A DNA stretch of 64,000 nucleotides from an uncultured Gammaproteobacteria bacterium (GTDB taxonomy: Bacteria > Patescibacteriota > Patescibacteriia > Magasanikbacterales > GWA2-37-8). Made by a program: the position numbers and the translations under genes. The notes under the pieces were generated by a model, which had not been told where the DNA came from, made no database searches, and saw nothing but the letters and a program-made list of their open reading frames with translations. The stretch covers positions 26,350 to 90,349 of the forward strand of contig CAYXJO010000002.1 in assembly GCA_964465205.1 (NCBI GenBank), written 5' to 3'. Positions 18,084 through 28,209 of the stretch are shown here, one piece after another. How positions within the stretch are numbered: position 1 is the stretch's first letter; each line of letters begins with the position of its first letter.

Positions 18084-21000
18084 ATGCCTAATTCTTTGTC
18101 ACAATTCGGCAAGAAAATTTTCCAAACCACCCTCGGAGTAGTTTTGACATTGTCCGCGCTGGTGGGAATTGGGGAGTGGGTTGCGCATGCCGCCACACCG
18201 CCGCTCATGATTACTTATCAAGGAAAAGTTTTGGTGAGTGGTGCGCCCGCAACTACTTCGCTCAACATGTCTTTTGTAATTTATAATTCTGTAAGTGGTG
18301 GTACCGCTCTGTATTCCGCATCCGGCACTTTGTCCACTCCGCTAGAAGTGAATGTCACTCCTTCGAATGGTTTGTTCTCGGTGAATTTGGGTGACACTAC
18401 CGCCGCTCCGATTACTAATGTTTTGGATCCAGATATATTCAAAAATAATACTAATCTATTTTTACAAGTGACCATCAATGGTCAGACGTTGTCACCGCGC
18501 AAACGTATTACTGCTTCACCGTATGCGTTCAATGCTTTGTATGCGGCGACATCTACATATGCCGAAAACGCTGGCACCTCCACTTACGCGAGTACGGCTG
18601 GATCTGCCAATACCGCCAACACATCCAACTATGCGAATAACGCCGGTACTTCGACTTATGCCACTAATGCCGCTTCGGCGTTAACTGCAGTGACCTCAAC
18701 CTATGCGGATCTAGCTGGCAATTCTAATTTGTTTGCCGGCCTCTCGACTTCTTCGTTCCTCATGCCGGGCAATGATGCCAGTATTACGGGGGTGTGGAGT
18801 TTCCTTAGCGATTTGACTATTAGCAGTACGTCTATTGGCCAAGCTAATATTACTAATCTCCGTGTGATTGGCAATAGTTATGGTCTGCAACTGGCGGATA
18901 TTAATGGCAGCAGTACATTAATTTACAATACTGGCACCTATGCCGATCCGGCTTGGCTCACATCTTTGGCGGCTAGCAAAATAGTAGGTACGGTTGGTAG
19001 TGCTTTGATAGCAAATACGTCAACCTATTCGTATAACGCGGGCACGTCCACTTATGCATATTTTGCCGGCACCTCTACTTATGCAAATATCGCCGGTTCC
19101 GCTTTGACCGCTGTTACCGCTACCTATGCACTCAATGCCAGCACCTCGAACTATGCCAATAATTCCGGCAAGCTCGAAGGGTATGGAGCCAATGATTTCT
19201 TGGCCAGCTCTACTATGGCATTGGGTGTTACAGGTTATATGGCGTATTATCCAGCAGATGGTCGTAATATTGCCGCTACCAATACTATATATATATCTGG
19301 TGGTAGAATCGGTTTAGGCACCACTGCTTTGGATGCTTCGCTTGCAAAAGTCACAATTGGTGGTGATATATTTGCTCAGAATACTAGTGGCGCCCAGTTA
19401 CGCTGGAACTCACAAGGTTTGCTGCTGCGTAGCCCGACCGGTACGTTGCCGCGTTTGGATCTGCGTAATGATAATAATGAATTTGATTTCCGCATTCAAT
19501 TAGCTGGCACCAAAGGATTAGAGTTATTCTCTGGTCCGAGCTCGACTAATCAGGTGAGTAGATTGAAGATTGATGATAATGGTTTGGTTGGCATTAATAA
19601 CTCTTCGCCGAATTATACTTTGGATGTTGATGGTGATATTAATCTCACCGGAGCTTTGCGTGTTAATAATATTGATTACAGTTCTTACTTTATTGATGGT
19701 GTGGGTAGTAATGGGCAAGTATGGACTTCAGACGGTAGTGGTCGAGGATATTGGTATACTTTGCCTAGTGCTAGCCAGGCCTCTGGCGTGGGTACTTCTA
19801 CCGCGAATTTGTTTGCTGTGTACAACGGTGCTAGCACAGTGACCGGAACCAATGAGTTATATTTGGATGGGAGTTATATCGGAGTGGGTACTACGACGCC
19901 GCATTATAAATTGGATGTGTCTGGTGATCTTAACATTTCCGGTGCGGTTCGAATTGGTGGTGCTGATTACAGCCAATACTTCATTAATGCCACCGGCACT
20001 CTTGGGCAGTTCTGGTCATCGAATGGTACTGGCAATAGTCGTGGTTCGTGGGTTAATTCTCCGGTGAATTCCGGCTTGATCGGGCAGATCGCCTATTATG
20101 CCGCTGGTGGCGGAACAGTTAGCGGTACTAGTACTATATATGTATATAATGGCAAAATTGGTATTGGTGGGAATACCAATCCTAACTATGCCTTGGATGT
20201 ATCCGGCGCTATTAATAGTACCGGTGGTTATTTGATCAATGGCGTGAATTACAGCCAATACTTTATTGATTCGGCCGGCAGTGCCGGGCAAGTTTGGGTG
20301 TCTAGTGGTACTGGTCGCGGTTATTGGTATACCTTACCTTCTGGTAGTGGTTATGGAGTTGGTACTAGTACTGTTGGGTATATGGCAGTGTATAGTAGTG
20401 ACAATGTTGTCACGGGCACTGGTGCGATGATGGTGAGCGGTACAGCGATTTTGATTAGCACCAGTGGTATTTATAGTGCCAGTGGCAATCCGGCGGCTCT
20501 TACTATTGGTGGTGCTTTGTATGCGGACACGTTGTATGCCAGTGGCAATGGTATCTTTATGGACAATAACAAAATTATTGGTATTGATTCCGGTATATTA
20601 AATGTGTATGGAGCAAACAATCAATCGATGCAATTACAAACTTATGGATCCGGTAATTTGAGTTTGGTGAGTAATAGCACTGGGCAGATGTTGCTACAAA
20701 CCGGTAGTGGATTGATGCGATTATTTAGCAATACCGGCGGTATATCGGTGAGCACCACGAATTCCGCGATCACAGTGGCAGTGGGCGGAAACAACGCGCT
20801 TACATTGCGTGCGTTACAAGGAAGTATTACTATTAGTGCTCCGACTATTACAGTGTCCGGTACTATTTCGGGAGCAGCAACCTGGCATGGTAATACCATT
20901 GCCGTGGGTTATGGCGGAACGGGCGCGACTACATTTGCGAGCAATGGTTTGTTGGTGGGGCATGGCACTAGTGCAGTTGGTACTATTACAGTGCCAACCA

Positions 21001-24000
21001 CCACGTCGTTCTTGTATTGGAATGGCGCTAGCTATGATTGGACGCCGATTGAACAATTGAGTACCCTCACTGGTTCAGTAAATTCTTCGACTCAGGGATA
21101 TGTCGCATATTATGATTCCAGCGGCAATAATTTATCTGGCACGTCTACTGTATTTATCCAAAACGGTAGAGTTGGAATTGGTACTGTTTCGCCTACCGGC
21201 ACATTAGAAGTCTCGGCCAATAGTTTGAATACTGTTGGACATTTGGTAGTAAATAGAGGTAATAATGGTGGTCTTGGTGGACAACTCACCTTACGTAATA
21301 ATAGTGCTGGTGGTAGTGGAACGTCGGCGGCATTGGCATTTGAATTAGACGGCACTACAGCGTTTGGTAGTGATGGCAGTGATCAGGCTAATGCGCAAAT
21401 CCGTGCTCAAGTGACTGGTGCTTCGGATAAATCTACCGCCATAATATTTGATACTTGGAATGGCAGCACTAGCGCTGAGCGAATGCGTATTAATGCGAAT
21501 GGCAATGTGGGTATTGGCACTACGGGTGGTGTCTATGCGCTCACTGTGAATGGGGATCTTAATTTGACTACTTCTACGGCCGGAGCCAGTAGTACTTTGC
21601 GTATTAATGGTGTTGATGTTGGTCAATATTTTATCAATGGTGCTGGTGTAAGTGGACAGGTGTGGGCATCGCTTGGGTCTGGTCGTGGTTATTGGGCCGA
21701 TATCTCCAGTTTACCGATTGCCGGTGCGGTGGGTACTTCTACTGCCGGCAATATTGCCTGGTATGATACCACCGGCGCCAATGTGACCGGTACGGCGAAT
21801 ATATTTATCGACCCAGCGACTGGATATTTTGGTGTGAATAATACGGCACCGGCGACACGCATGCAGATCAAGGGTGCGGATAACAAAGATAGCGGTCCGA
21901 TATTAAGTTTGGTTGGCAATGCACCCAATCAATTTGAGGGTGGACGCATTAGGTTCCTAGAAGATCAATCGCAAGGATATTTGGGTGCATATATCCAATA
22001 CAATGCCAGCGGAGATGTTTTGAACATTGGCGTGCATGCCGCGGCCGACTCGGCCACATCTTCTGATACCAATGCAATTAGCGTATTGCGATCCAATGGT
22101 TATGTAGGTATTGGCAATTCTAATCCAACTTATAAATTTGATGTGAGCGGAGATGTGAATATTGGTGGCGCGGGTGTATTGCGTCTGGGTGGTACGAATT
22201 ATAGTCAGTATTTTATTTCATCTGCCGGTGTGTACGGGCAAGTGTGGACATCAGATGGGTCAGGTGCTGGCTGGTGGTCGGATCCAAGTATCATTGAAAG
22301 CGATCCGATATTTATGGCGGCCTCGTCTAGCTTCTCTCGTACTACCCACAACCATGCCGGTGTATATGAACCCGCCTTCTCGGTGCTTACTATCGGCAAA
22401 GGTGGTACCGGCACATCTACCATATCATCCAATGTGGGTTCACTATTATATAGCAATGGCACGAGTTATCAATTTACTAATGCCGCTACCGCTAACTATG
22501 TACTCATGTCTCAAGGTGGTGTACCGACGTGGGTGACGACTTCGACGCTTGGGATTGTGGTTGGCGCTGGATCGGGTACGATAAATTCCGGTACCGCCGG
22601 TCAAGTGGCGTATTATGCTACCAACGGCACGGCAGTGAGTGGTACATCCAGTTTATTTATTGCTACGAATGGTTACGTTGGAGTGGGGACGAGCACTCCG
22701 CCATCAACCCTTACTGTGAGTGGAACATTGAATGTGTTGGTAGGAGGCGCTACATATACCATGTCTAATTCTAGCAATATAGCAGGGTGGTTTAATGTAA
22801 TGAACAGCACATTAAATGATTATGCTACTGTTTCCATGTTCCATCATCAGGTAAATAGTACACCTGCGAATGGCTTTGGCACAAAAATTGGTTTAGCTGG
22901 TACAGGTTATGATGGTGTGCAAGATTATACTATGGGGCAAATTGGTGCTGTCTGGCAGAGTGCCTCTAATTATTATGGGCAACTACAATTTTTTACTAGA
23001 AATGGAGTTGACTTTACTGGCACCAATAGCCATATACCAAAAATGGTCATCAGTGGGTACAGTGGCAATGTGGGTATTGGTACCACAACTCCAGATTATA
23101 AGTTGACTACGGCGGTTAGCGCCGATTATGATGGTATTGTTTTGAAGGATACTGTGAATAAATTACTTTTTGCCGTAGTCAAGGAGGGCAACGCTGGTTA
23201 CTTTAATTTATATGATAATGGTGTAAAGAAGATCATGTTGCATCCTGCGGCTAACAGCTATTACAATGGCAGTGGTAATTTTGGTATTGGTACCACTACT
23301 CCTGGCGCTTTGTTAGATATTGGCGGTGGTGTTGTAAATACTAGTATTAGTAATGCCCGGTTATTAATTACAGCTAATGCCGATGAAGCCAGTGGTGTGC
23401 AAATGTACAATTCTTCTGCTGGCACTGCTGCTGATTTCCGATTTAGTGTTATAAATAACAATCAAAATGAATATTTAGCTTTTGCTACTCCAGGCGATGG
23501 CAATACTGCGTCACTATTTGGATTGACCAGAAGTACTGCCAACTATATATTCAACAATGCGTTTGGCGCGGGGGTGTCCAGGCACTTAGCTATCGGTACA
23601 GTGAGAAATGGTGATCTCGTTTTTGCGGCCAGTAGCACAGAGAGAATGAGGATAGCTAATACCGGCTATATCGGTATCGGGACTACCACACCCAATTCTT
23701 TACTTAGTTTGTACGGAGGCGCGAATGATACACGTATAAAAATGAATTTTGTTCCGACAGGTAATATGTATAATGGGTTGGAGTTACAAAAGAACGGCAT
23801 ATTTAAAGGCGGAATATTCTATTCTAATACTAGAGACGTTCTGGAATTGTGGGGTAGTCAGGCTAGAATGTTATCAGTCAGTTCAACAAATATTTCGTTA
23901 CTAGGGTCTGGAGTGGAAAGATTAACAGTAAATAGCAGTGGCAATGTTGGTGTTGGTACAACTACACCTACTTATCAATTGGATGTAATAGCTTCTTCTA

Positions 24001-27000
24001 CTGCGAATCCGTTACGTATTGGGTCAACCGTAACTAGCAGTATTTTGGTAGTAAATAGCAGTGGCCATGTTGGTATTGGTACTTCTTCCCCACGGTATCA
24101 ATTACACATTGTTAATTCTGCGCCGCGCGAACAGGCGGTTTATTATCAAAATCTTCATAATAGTTACAGAAGCATGATTGTGGCAGATGCGTCCACCGAT
24201 GGATTGGGGGCCAATGGGTCTAGAATAGATTTTCGTGCTCACCCCACCGGATATAGTGAGACGTTATTTGGCACAACTATGGCAGGCAAATCTGCACTCA
24301 TATCCATATCCACTAATGGACTTATTGTTGGGGAATATAATGATCAGCCGGTTATTTTTGGCACTAACAATAAAGAGAGAATGAGGATTGCTAATACCGG
24401 CAATGTCGGTATTAGTACCACCTCCCCCAACTATCCTCTCACCGTAAACGGCGATATTAACATCACCAGCTCTACCGGTGGCATTCCAGCTTTACGTATC
24501 AACGGCACTGATATGAGTCAGTACTTCATTACCTCTGCTGGCACTGCTGGACAGATATGGCAATCTGACGGCACTGGTGCGGGAGAGTGGGTGAATACTT
24601 CTACACTAGGTATTGTCGGCGGCGGTATTACTTCCGAGTCTGATCCGATCTTCATGGCCGCCTCTTCTAGCTTTGCTTCTTCTACTCACAACCACGATGG
24701 TACCTACGAACCTGCCTTCTCTATTCTTACTATCATCAAAGGTGGTACCGGCACCTCTACTATCTCATCCAATGTTGGTTCGTTACTATATAGTGATGGT
24801 AGTGCCTACCAATTCACCAATGCCTCTACCGATAACTACGTACTCATGTCTCAAGGTGGTGTACCGACGTGGGTGACGACTTCGACGCTGGGTTTGGTGG
24901 CTGGGATTGGTTCGGGCACAGTTAATATTGGCACTGCTGGCCAGATCGCCTACTATGCCACCGATGGTGCTGCTGTGAGTGGCACATCTAGTTTGTTTGT
25001 AGCTGCGAATGGGTATGTGGGTATCGGTACTACTACACCTCGTTATTCTGTTGACGCGGGCACTGGTACTATCAGTGCTCTACGATTCCGTGTAGATAGT
25101 AAAGCTATGGCCTATTGGGATACGGCTGCTCCTAATTTACCGTCTGCTTATCCCAGTGGCACTTTAGTACTTGGGTTTGCCGGTACTGTTGGCAGTGCAG
25201 CATTTCCGAGCAGGTTAAATGCATATTCTACTTCCTATTTAGAAACGTATTACAATTCCGGCAATCCATATTTTGCGTTTATTGGTGGTAATGTGGGTGT
25301 AGGTACTACTTCTCCGTCCGCATCTCTATCTGTTATTGCTGCCACATCCACCGGTAGTATTTTCCAAGTCGGCACCACTACAGCGCAAAATATTTTAACA
25401 GTATTGGCGAATGGCCATGTTGGTATAGGTAGCTCTACCCCGAACTCTCCTTTGGTTTTGCAATATTCCAAATCAGGTTTTGGGCTCACCATTGCCAATT
25501 CGTTAGCGACAAATTATTCTTTGATGAGATTTTTGGGGACTGGGCGTTCTTACACTATTGGCGTTGGTAACGCCAGTGAGACTAGTTATGGTCTGGCCAA
25601 TAAGTGGTTTGTGTTTGATGCTACAAGTAATACAGCGCGCATGGTGGTTGATTCTGTTGGCAATATTGGTATTGGCACTACCACCCCAGATGCATCTTTG
25701 TCTATTTACACCACAACGGGTGCTGCTGGGATCATTTTGTCAGACTTTAATTCAAGTGAAGGTGGTGCATTAAGTATATATGATGGTGCCACTAGCGGAT
25801 TTTTGCCTACCATTAAAGGGCAATCAAATGGGGTTGGTGGGTATGGTGTGGCACTCTATGGCGTTATTCCACCAGCAAATGATGTAGTGAATGTCGGTGG
25901 TGGTGGAGTATTAATTAGAGCCCTTAGATCAGATAATACTGTTCTACAAAATGCCAATGTACTTAGTGTCAATAACTACACCACCAATTTGATGACTGTA
26001 ATGGCGAATGGTTATGTTGGTATTGGTACTACCACACCCGGATCCTTGTTGGATATTTATGGTAATAGTACCAATGCAGTTATGCGTATTTTGAGTGGAA
26101 ATACAAGCAATTATTCTTATATCACGATGGGTAGGGCTTCAGTCGAAATGTCTATGGGTGTAGCGGCTGCCGCGGATAATGGATTAGTGGGTACTGTAGC
26201 TGGTGATGTTTGGTTGAAGAATGTAAATACTGCCAATAAATTGTCTATAGGTATTGGGTCTGGCGCGCCTGCAATTACAGTGGCCAGTAGTAGCTATATA
26301 GGTATTGGCACTACCACTCCCAATTATCGCTTCACAATTGCGGGTACGTTTACCGGCAACGATCGTACAGCTATTAATTTAGCAAATTACAGTACCAATA
26401 GCGACGCTGCCATATCTATTAGATTCCAGTCCGGCACTTCTACTGGTTTTATAGGAGCGTATGATGCAGCTTATGCTTCTTTGCCGGGTTTAGGGAATAC
26501 TTTTGGTGTCAATGCTGTGGGTAACGCTACTACTTCATTATTCTTGATGTCTGGTAGCGCTTCTGGTGTGATGCGTTTTTATACTGGTGGTAATAACGAA
26601 AGAATGCGAATTGATTCTGCTGGCAATGTCGGTATTGGCACCACTACGCCAGCTTATAAATTCCAAGTGTATATTGACGCTAGTAACGAAGGTCATGTTA
26701 GCGCTACTGGTGATTGGGCGCGTACGTCCGATTCGCGGCTCAAGAAAAATGTTAATACGCTTACAAGTGCCTTGCAGATTATTGGCGCGTTACGTCCGAT
26801 ATCTTATGATCCGATTACCGGATCAAATACCGCGTCCGGTACCAGTTTGGGCTTCCTGGCTCAAGAAGTGGAGCCGCTTGTGCCGCAAGCCGTAGACACT
26901 AATTCAATAACAGGATACAAGTCAGTAGCTTATGGTCAGTTTATTCCGATCTTAACTGCCGCCATCAAAGAACAGCAAGCACAAATTGATGCGCTTACCA

Positions 27001-27215
27001 TTGGCTTGGCGAATAAGTCCACTTCGACATTGTCTGAGTTGACTCTCAACAGTAGTATCACCGGATTTACCAATAAAATTGATTTCAAAAATCATGTGAG
27101 TTTTGATGCAGATACGGTTGGTCGTGCCAGCATTTTGTCTGGCGCCACTAGCACCCGAGTGATATTTACCAAACCGTATGATGAGTTGCCAGTGATTACC
27201 GTTACGGCTATATGA
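18084..27215 (+). CDS. Giant (3043 aa) secreted, repeat-rich, tail-fibre-like surface protein with C-terminal intramolecular-chaperone auto-processing (Peptidase S74-like) domain
   Basis: N-terminal signal/anchor (TLGVVLTLSALVGIGEWVAHA). About 2700 aa rich in G/T/S/N with at least 6 copies of a ~60-aa module (GIGTTTPxYKLDVSGDxN...YSQYFIxxAGxxGQVWxSDGSGxGYW). C-terminus SDSRLKKNVNTLTSALQIIGALRPISYD...GFLAQEVEPLVPQAV...YGQFIPILTAAIKEQQAQIDAL matches the tailspike/endosialidase chaperone domain. Confidence 0.8.
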   Translation: MPNSLSQFGKKIFQTTLGVVLTLSALVGIGEWVAHAATPPLMITYQGKVLVSGAPATTSLNMSFVIYNSVSGGTALYSASGTLSTPLEVNVTPSNGLFSVNLGDTTAAPITNVLDPDIFKNNTNLFLQVTINGQTLSPRKRITASPYAFNALYAATSTYAENAGTSTYASTAGSANTANTSNYANNAGTSTYATNAASALTAVTSTYADLAGNSNLFAGLSTSSFLMPGNDASITGVWSFLSDLTISSTSIGQANITNLRVIGNSYGLQLADINGSSTLIYNTGTYADPAWLTSLAASKIVGTVGSALIANTSTYSYNAGTSTYAYFAGTSTYANIAGSALTAVTATYALNASTSNYANNSGKLEGYGANDFLASSTMALGVTGYMAYYPADGRNIAATNTIYISGGRIGLGTTALDASLAKVTIGGDIFAQNTSGAQLRWNSQGLLLRSPTGTLPRLDLRNDNNEFDFRIQLAGTKGLELFSGPSSTNQVSRLKIDDNGLVGINNSSPNYTLDVDGDINLTGALRVNNIDYSSYFIDGVGSNGQVWTSDGSGRGYWYTLPSASQASGVGTSTANLFAVYNGASTVTGTNELYLDGSYIGVGTTTPHYKLDVSGDLNISGAVRIGGADYSQYFINATGTLGQFWSSNGTGNSRGSWVNSPVNSGLIGQIAYYAAGGGTVSGTSTIYVYNGKIGIGGNTNPNYALDVSGAINSTGGYLINGVNYSQYFIDSAGSAGQVWVSSGTGRGYWYTLPSGSGYGVGTSTVGYMAVYSSDNVVTGTGAMMVSGTAILISTSGIYSASGNPAALTIGGALYADTLYASGNGIFMDNNKIIGIDSGILNVYGANNQSMQLQTYGSGNLSLVSNSTGQMLLQTGSGLMRLFSNTGGISVSTTNSAITVAVGGNNALTLRALQGSITISAPTITVSGTISGAATWHGNTIAVGYGGTGATTFASNGLLVGHGTSAVGTITVPTTTSFLYWNGASYDWTPIEQLSTLTGSVNSSTQGYVAYYDSSGNNLSGTSTVFIQNGRVGIGTVSPTGTLEVSANSLNTVGHLVVNRGNNGGLGGQLTLRNNSAGGSGTSAALAFELDGTTAFGSDGSDQANAQIRAQVTGASDKSTAIIFDTWNGSTSAERMRINANGNVGIGTTGGVYALTVNGDLNLTTSTAGASSTLRINGVDVGQYFINGAGVSGQVWASLGSGRGYWADISSLPIAGAVGTSTAGNIAWYDTTGANVTGTANIFIDPATGYFGVNNTAPATRMQIKGADNKDSGPILSLVGNAPNQFEGGRIRFLEDQSQGYLGAYIQYNASGDVLNIGVHAAADSATSSDTNAISVLRSNGYVGIGNSNPTYKFDVSGDVNIGGAGVLRLGGTNYSQYFISSAGVYGQVWTSDGSGAGWWSDPSIIESDPIFMAASSSFSRTTHNHAGVYEPAFSVLTIGKGGTGTSTISSNVGSLLYSNGTSYQFTNAATANYVLMSQGGVPTWVTTSTLGIVVGAGSGTINSGTAGQVAYYATNGTAVSGTSSLFIATNGYVGVGTSTPPSTLTVSGTLNVLVGGATYTMSNSSNIAGWFNVMNSTLNDYATVSMFHHQVNSTPANGFGTKIGLAGTGYDGVQDYTMGQIGAVWQSASNYYGQLQFFTRNGVDFTGTNSHIPKMVISGYSGNVGIGTTTPDYKLTTAVSADYDGIVLKDTVNKLLFAVVKEGNAGYFNLYDNGVKKIMLHPAANSYYNGSGNFGIGTTTPGALLDIGGGVVNTSISNARLLITANADEASGVQMYNSSAGTAADFRFSVINNNQNEYLAFATPGDGNTASLFGLTRSTANYIFNNAFGAGVSRHLAIGTVRNGDLVFAASSTERMRIANTGYIGIGTTTPNSLLSLYGGANDTRIKMNFVPTGNMYNGLELQKNGIFKGGIFYSNTRDVLELWGSQARMLSVSSTNISLLGSGVERLTVNSSGNVGVGTTTPTYQLDVIASSTANPLRIGSTVTSSILVVNSSGHVGIGTSSPRYQLHIVNSAPREQAVYYQNLHNSYRSMIVADASTDGLGANGSRIDFRAHPTGYSETLFGTTMAGKSALISISTNGLIVGEYNDQPVIFGTNNKERMRIANTGNVGISTTSPNYPLTVNGDINITSSTGGIPALRINGTDMSQYFITSAGTAGQIWQSDGTGAGEWVNTSTLGIVGGGITSESDPIFMAASSSFASSTHNHDGTYEPAFSILTIIKGGTGTSTISSNVGSLLYSDGSAYQFTNASTDNYVLMSQGGVPTWVTTSTLGLVAGIGSGTVNIGTAGQIAYYATDGAAVSGTSSLFVAANGYVGIGTTTPRYSVDAGTGTISALRFRVDSKAMAYWDTAAPNLPSAYPSGTLVLGFAGTVGSAAFPSRLNAYSTSYLETYYNSGNPYFAFIGGNVGVGTTSPSASLSVIAATSTGSIFQVGTTTAQNILTVLANGHVGIGSSTPNSPLVLQYSKSGFGLTIANSLATNYSLMRFLGTGRSYTIGVGNASETSYGLANKWFVFDATSNTARMVVDSVGNIGIGTTTPDASLSIYTTTGAAGIILSDFNSSEGGALSIYDGATSGFLPTIKGQSNGVGGYGVALYGVIPPANDVVNVGGGGVLIRALRSDNTVLQNANVLSVNNYTTNLMTVMANGYVGIGTTTPGSLLDIYGNSTNAVMRILSGNTSNYSYITMGRASVEMSMGVAAAADNGLVGTVAGDVWLKNVNTANKLSIGIGSGAPAITVASSSYIGIGTTTPNYRFTIAGTFTGNDRTAINLANYSTNSDAAISIRFQSGTSTGFIGAYDAAYASLPGLGNTFGVNAVGNATTSLFLMSGSASGVMRFYTGGNNERMRIDSAGNVGIGTTTPAYKFQVYIDASNEGHVSATGDWARTSDSRLKKNVNTLTSALQIIGALRPISYDPITGSNTASGTSLGFLAQEVEPLVPQAVDTNSITGYKSVAYGQFIPILTAAIKEQQAQIDALTIGLANKSTSTLSELTLNSSITGFTNKIDFKNHVSFDADTVGRASILSGATSTRVIFTKPYDELPVITVTAI
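22290..22700 (+). repeat. Intragenic duplicated segment (copy A) of the giant gene, ~80-85% identical to 24640..25050 with a 49-nt identical core
   Basis: tactcatgtctcaaggtggtgtaccgacgtgggtgacgacttcgacgct is present at 22498-22546 and 24838-24886. Flanking protein sequence ESDPIFMAASSSF..THNH..YEPAFS..GGTGTSTISSNVGSLLYS is repeated. Confidence 0.7.
24640..25050 (+). repeat. Intragenic duplicated segment (copy B) of the giant gene
   Basis: See copy A. Confidence 0.7.
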
Positions 27216-27224
27216 TTAAATGAT

Positions 27225-27713
27225 ATGTACTATGGTGTAGATGATGCGAATGCGGACGGATTCTCGGTTGTGATGAGTAAGCCAATTGAGCGCAATGTAT
27301 CGTTTAACTGGCATGCGTTCGGGTCCAACGATCCAAAATCGCACAATAGCGATGGTACGATTACTAGTATTAGTATGTTGCCAGATGGCACCATGGCTAT
27401 AACTAGTTCCACCGTCGATGATACTAGTGGCGACACGCCAGTGGATAATAGTTCTAGTGCAACATCGGACACAGATACAACTTCTTATATCGATAGTGGT
27501 GCTACTTCATCCACCGAAAGCATGCCTCCAGTAGACACACCATCAAGTACCGAACCCACTCCGGCGGTTGATGTGCCGGCTCCACCAGCAGATGTGCCTA
27601 CACCACCAGCGGATACTTCCACGCCTCCTGCAGACACATCTGCTCCACCGGCCGATACTCCTCCCGCCGACACATCGCCAGTGGATACCTCACCCCCTAG
27701 CGAAACTCCATAA
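27225..27713 (+). CDS. In-frame downstream ORF (162 aa): completes a lectin-like beta-sandwich begun in the giant protein, then a Pro/Thr/Ala/Asp-rich low-complexity tail (PPADTS repeats). Likely a readthrough, pseudo- or mis-called C-terminal extension rather than an independent gene.
   Basis: Same frame as 18084..27215, separated only by TGA plus 9 nt without stops. No SD. Domain motif continues across the stop (..VIFTKPYDELPVITVTAI*LNDMYYGVDDANADGFSVVMSKPIERNVSFNWHAFG). Confidence 0.4.
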   Translation: MYYGVDDANADGFSVVMSKPIERNVSFNWHAFGSNDPKSHNSDGTITSISMLPDGTMAITSSTVDDTSGDTPVDNSSSATSDTDTTSYIDSGATSSTESMPPVDTPSSTEPTPAVDVPAPPADVPTPPADTSTPPADTSAPPADTPPADTSPVDTSPPSETP

Positions 27714-27721
27714 TTAAAAAT

Positions 27722-28183
27722 ATGAACAAAAAATTCATTCTAGTATTACCAGATATACGCAGTGCTCACAATGTGGGAGCAATGTTTCGCACTGCCGACG
27801 GTGCTGGTGTGAATAAGATATATTTATGCGGATATACAGCTCAACCACCTCATCCGCAGTTGGACAAAGTTTCGCTAGGGGCGGAGACTTGGATGCCGTG
27901 GGAATATGTGCGCCAGGCCGGCAGATTATTGAAACGACTACATGCCGAAGGGTACCACATCGCGGCGTTGGAACAAACAAAAAATAGTGTTAATATAAGT
28001 AAATGGACACCAAAATTGCCGCTGGTACTAGTAGTAGGCAATGAAAAAACCGGCGTTACTAAAAGTTTATTGAAGTATTGCGATACGGCGGTCGAACTCC
28101 CCATGCACGGCCGAAAAAATAGTTTAAACGTGAGTGTCGCCGCCGGCATTGCAATGTATCACATTTCTAATTTTAAAAAGTAA
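27722..28183 (+). CDS. SpoU/TrmH-family (SPOUT) RNA 2'-O-methyltransferase
   Basis: LVLPDIRSAHNVGAMFRTADGAG...LVLVVGNEKTGV...SLNVSVAAGIAMY motifs. Confidence 0.8.
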   Translation: MNKKFILVLPDIRSAHNVGAMFRTADGAGVNKIYLCGYTAQPPHPQLDKVSLGAETWMPWEYVRQAGRLLKRLHAEGYHIAALEQTKNSVNISKWTPKLPLVLVVGNEKTGVTKSLLKYCDTAVELPMHGRKNSLNVSVAAGIAMYHISNFKK

Positions 28184-28209
28184 TTTTTATTCTTTTCAAT
28201 CTAAAAATA

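Noticed and set aside
27213-27215. Alternative genetic code (UGA=Gly, code 25) as explanation for the in-frame TGA
   Set aside because: rpoC (1290 aa), ileS, ftsK and the 3043-aa ORF itself contain no internal TGA under the standard code. Genome-wide UGA reassignment is therefore not supported.
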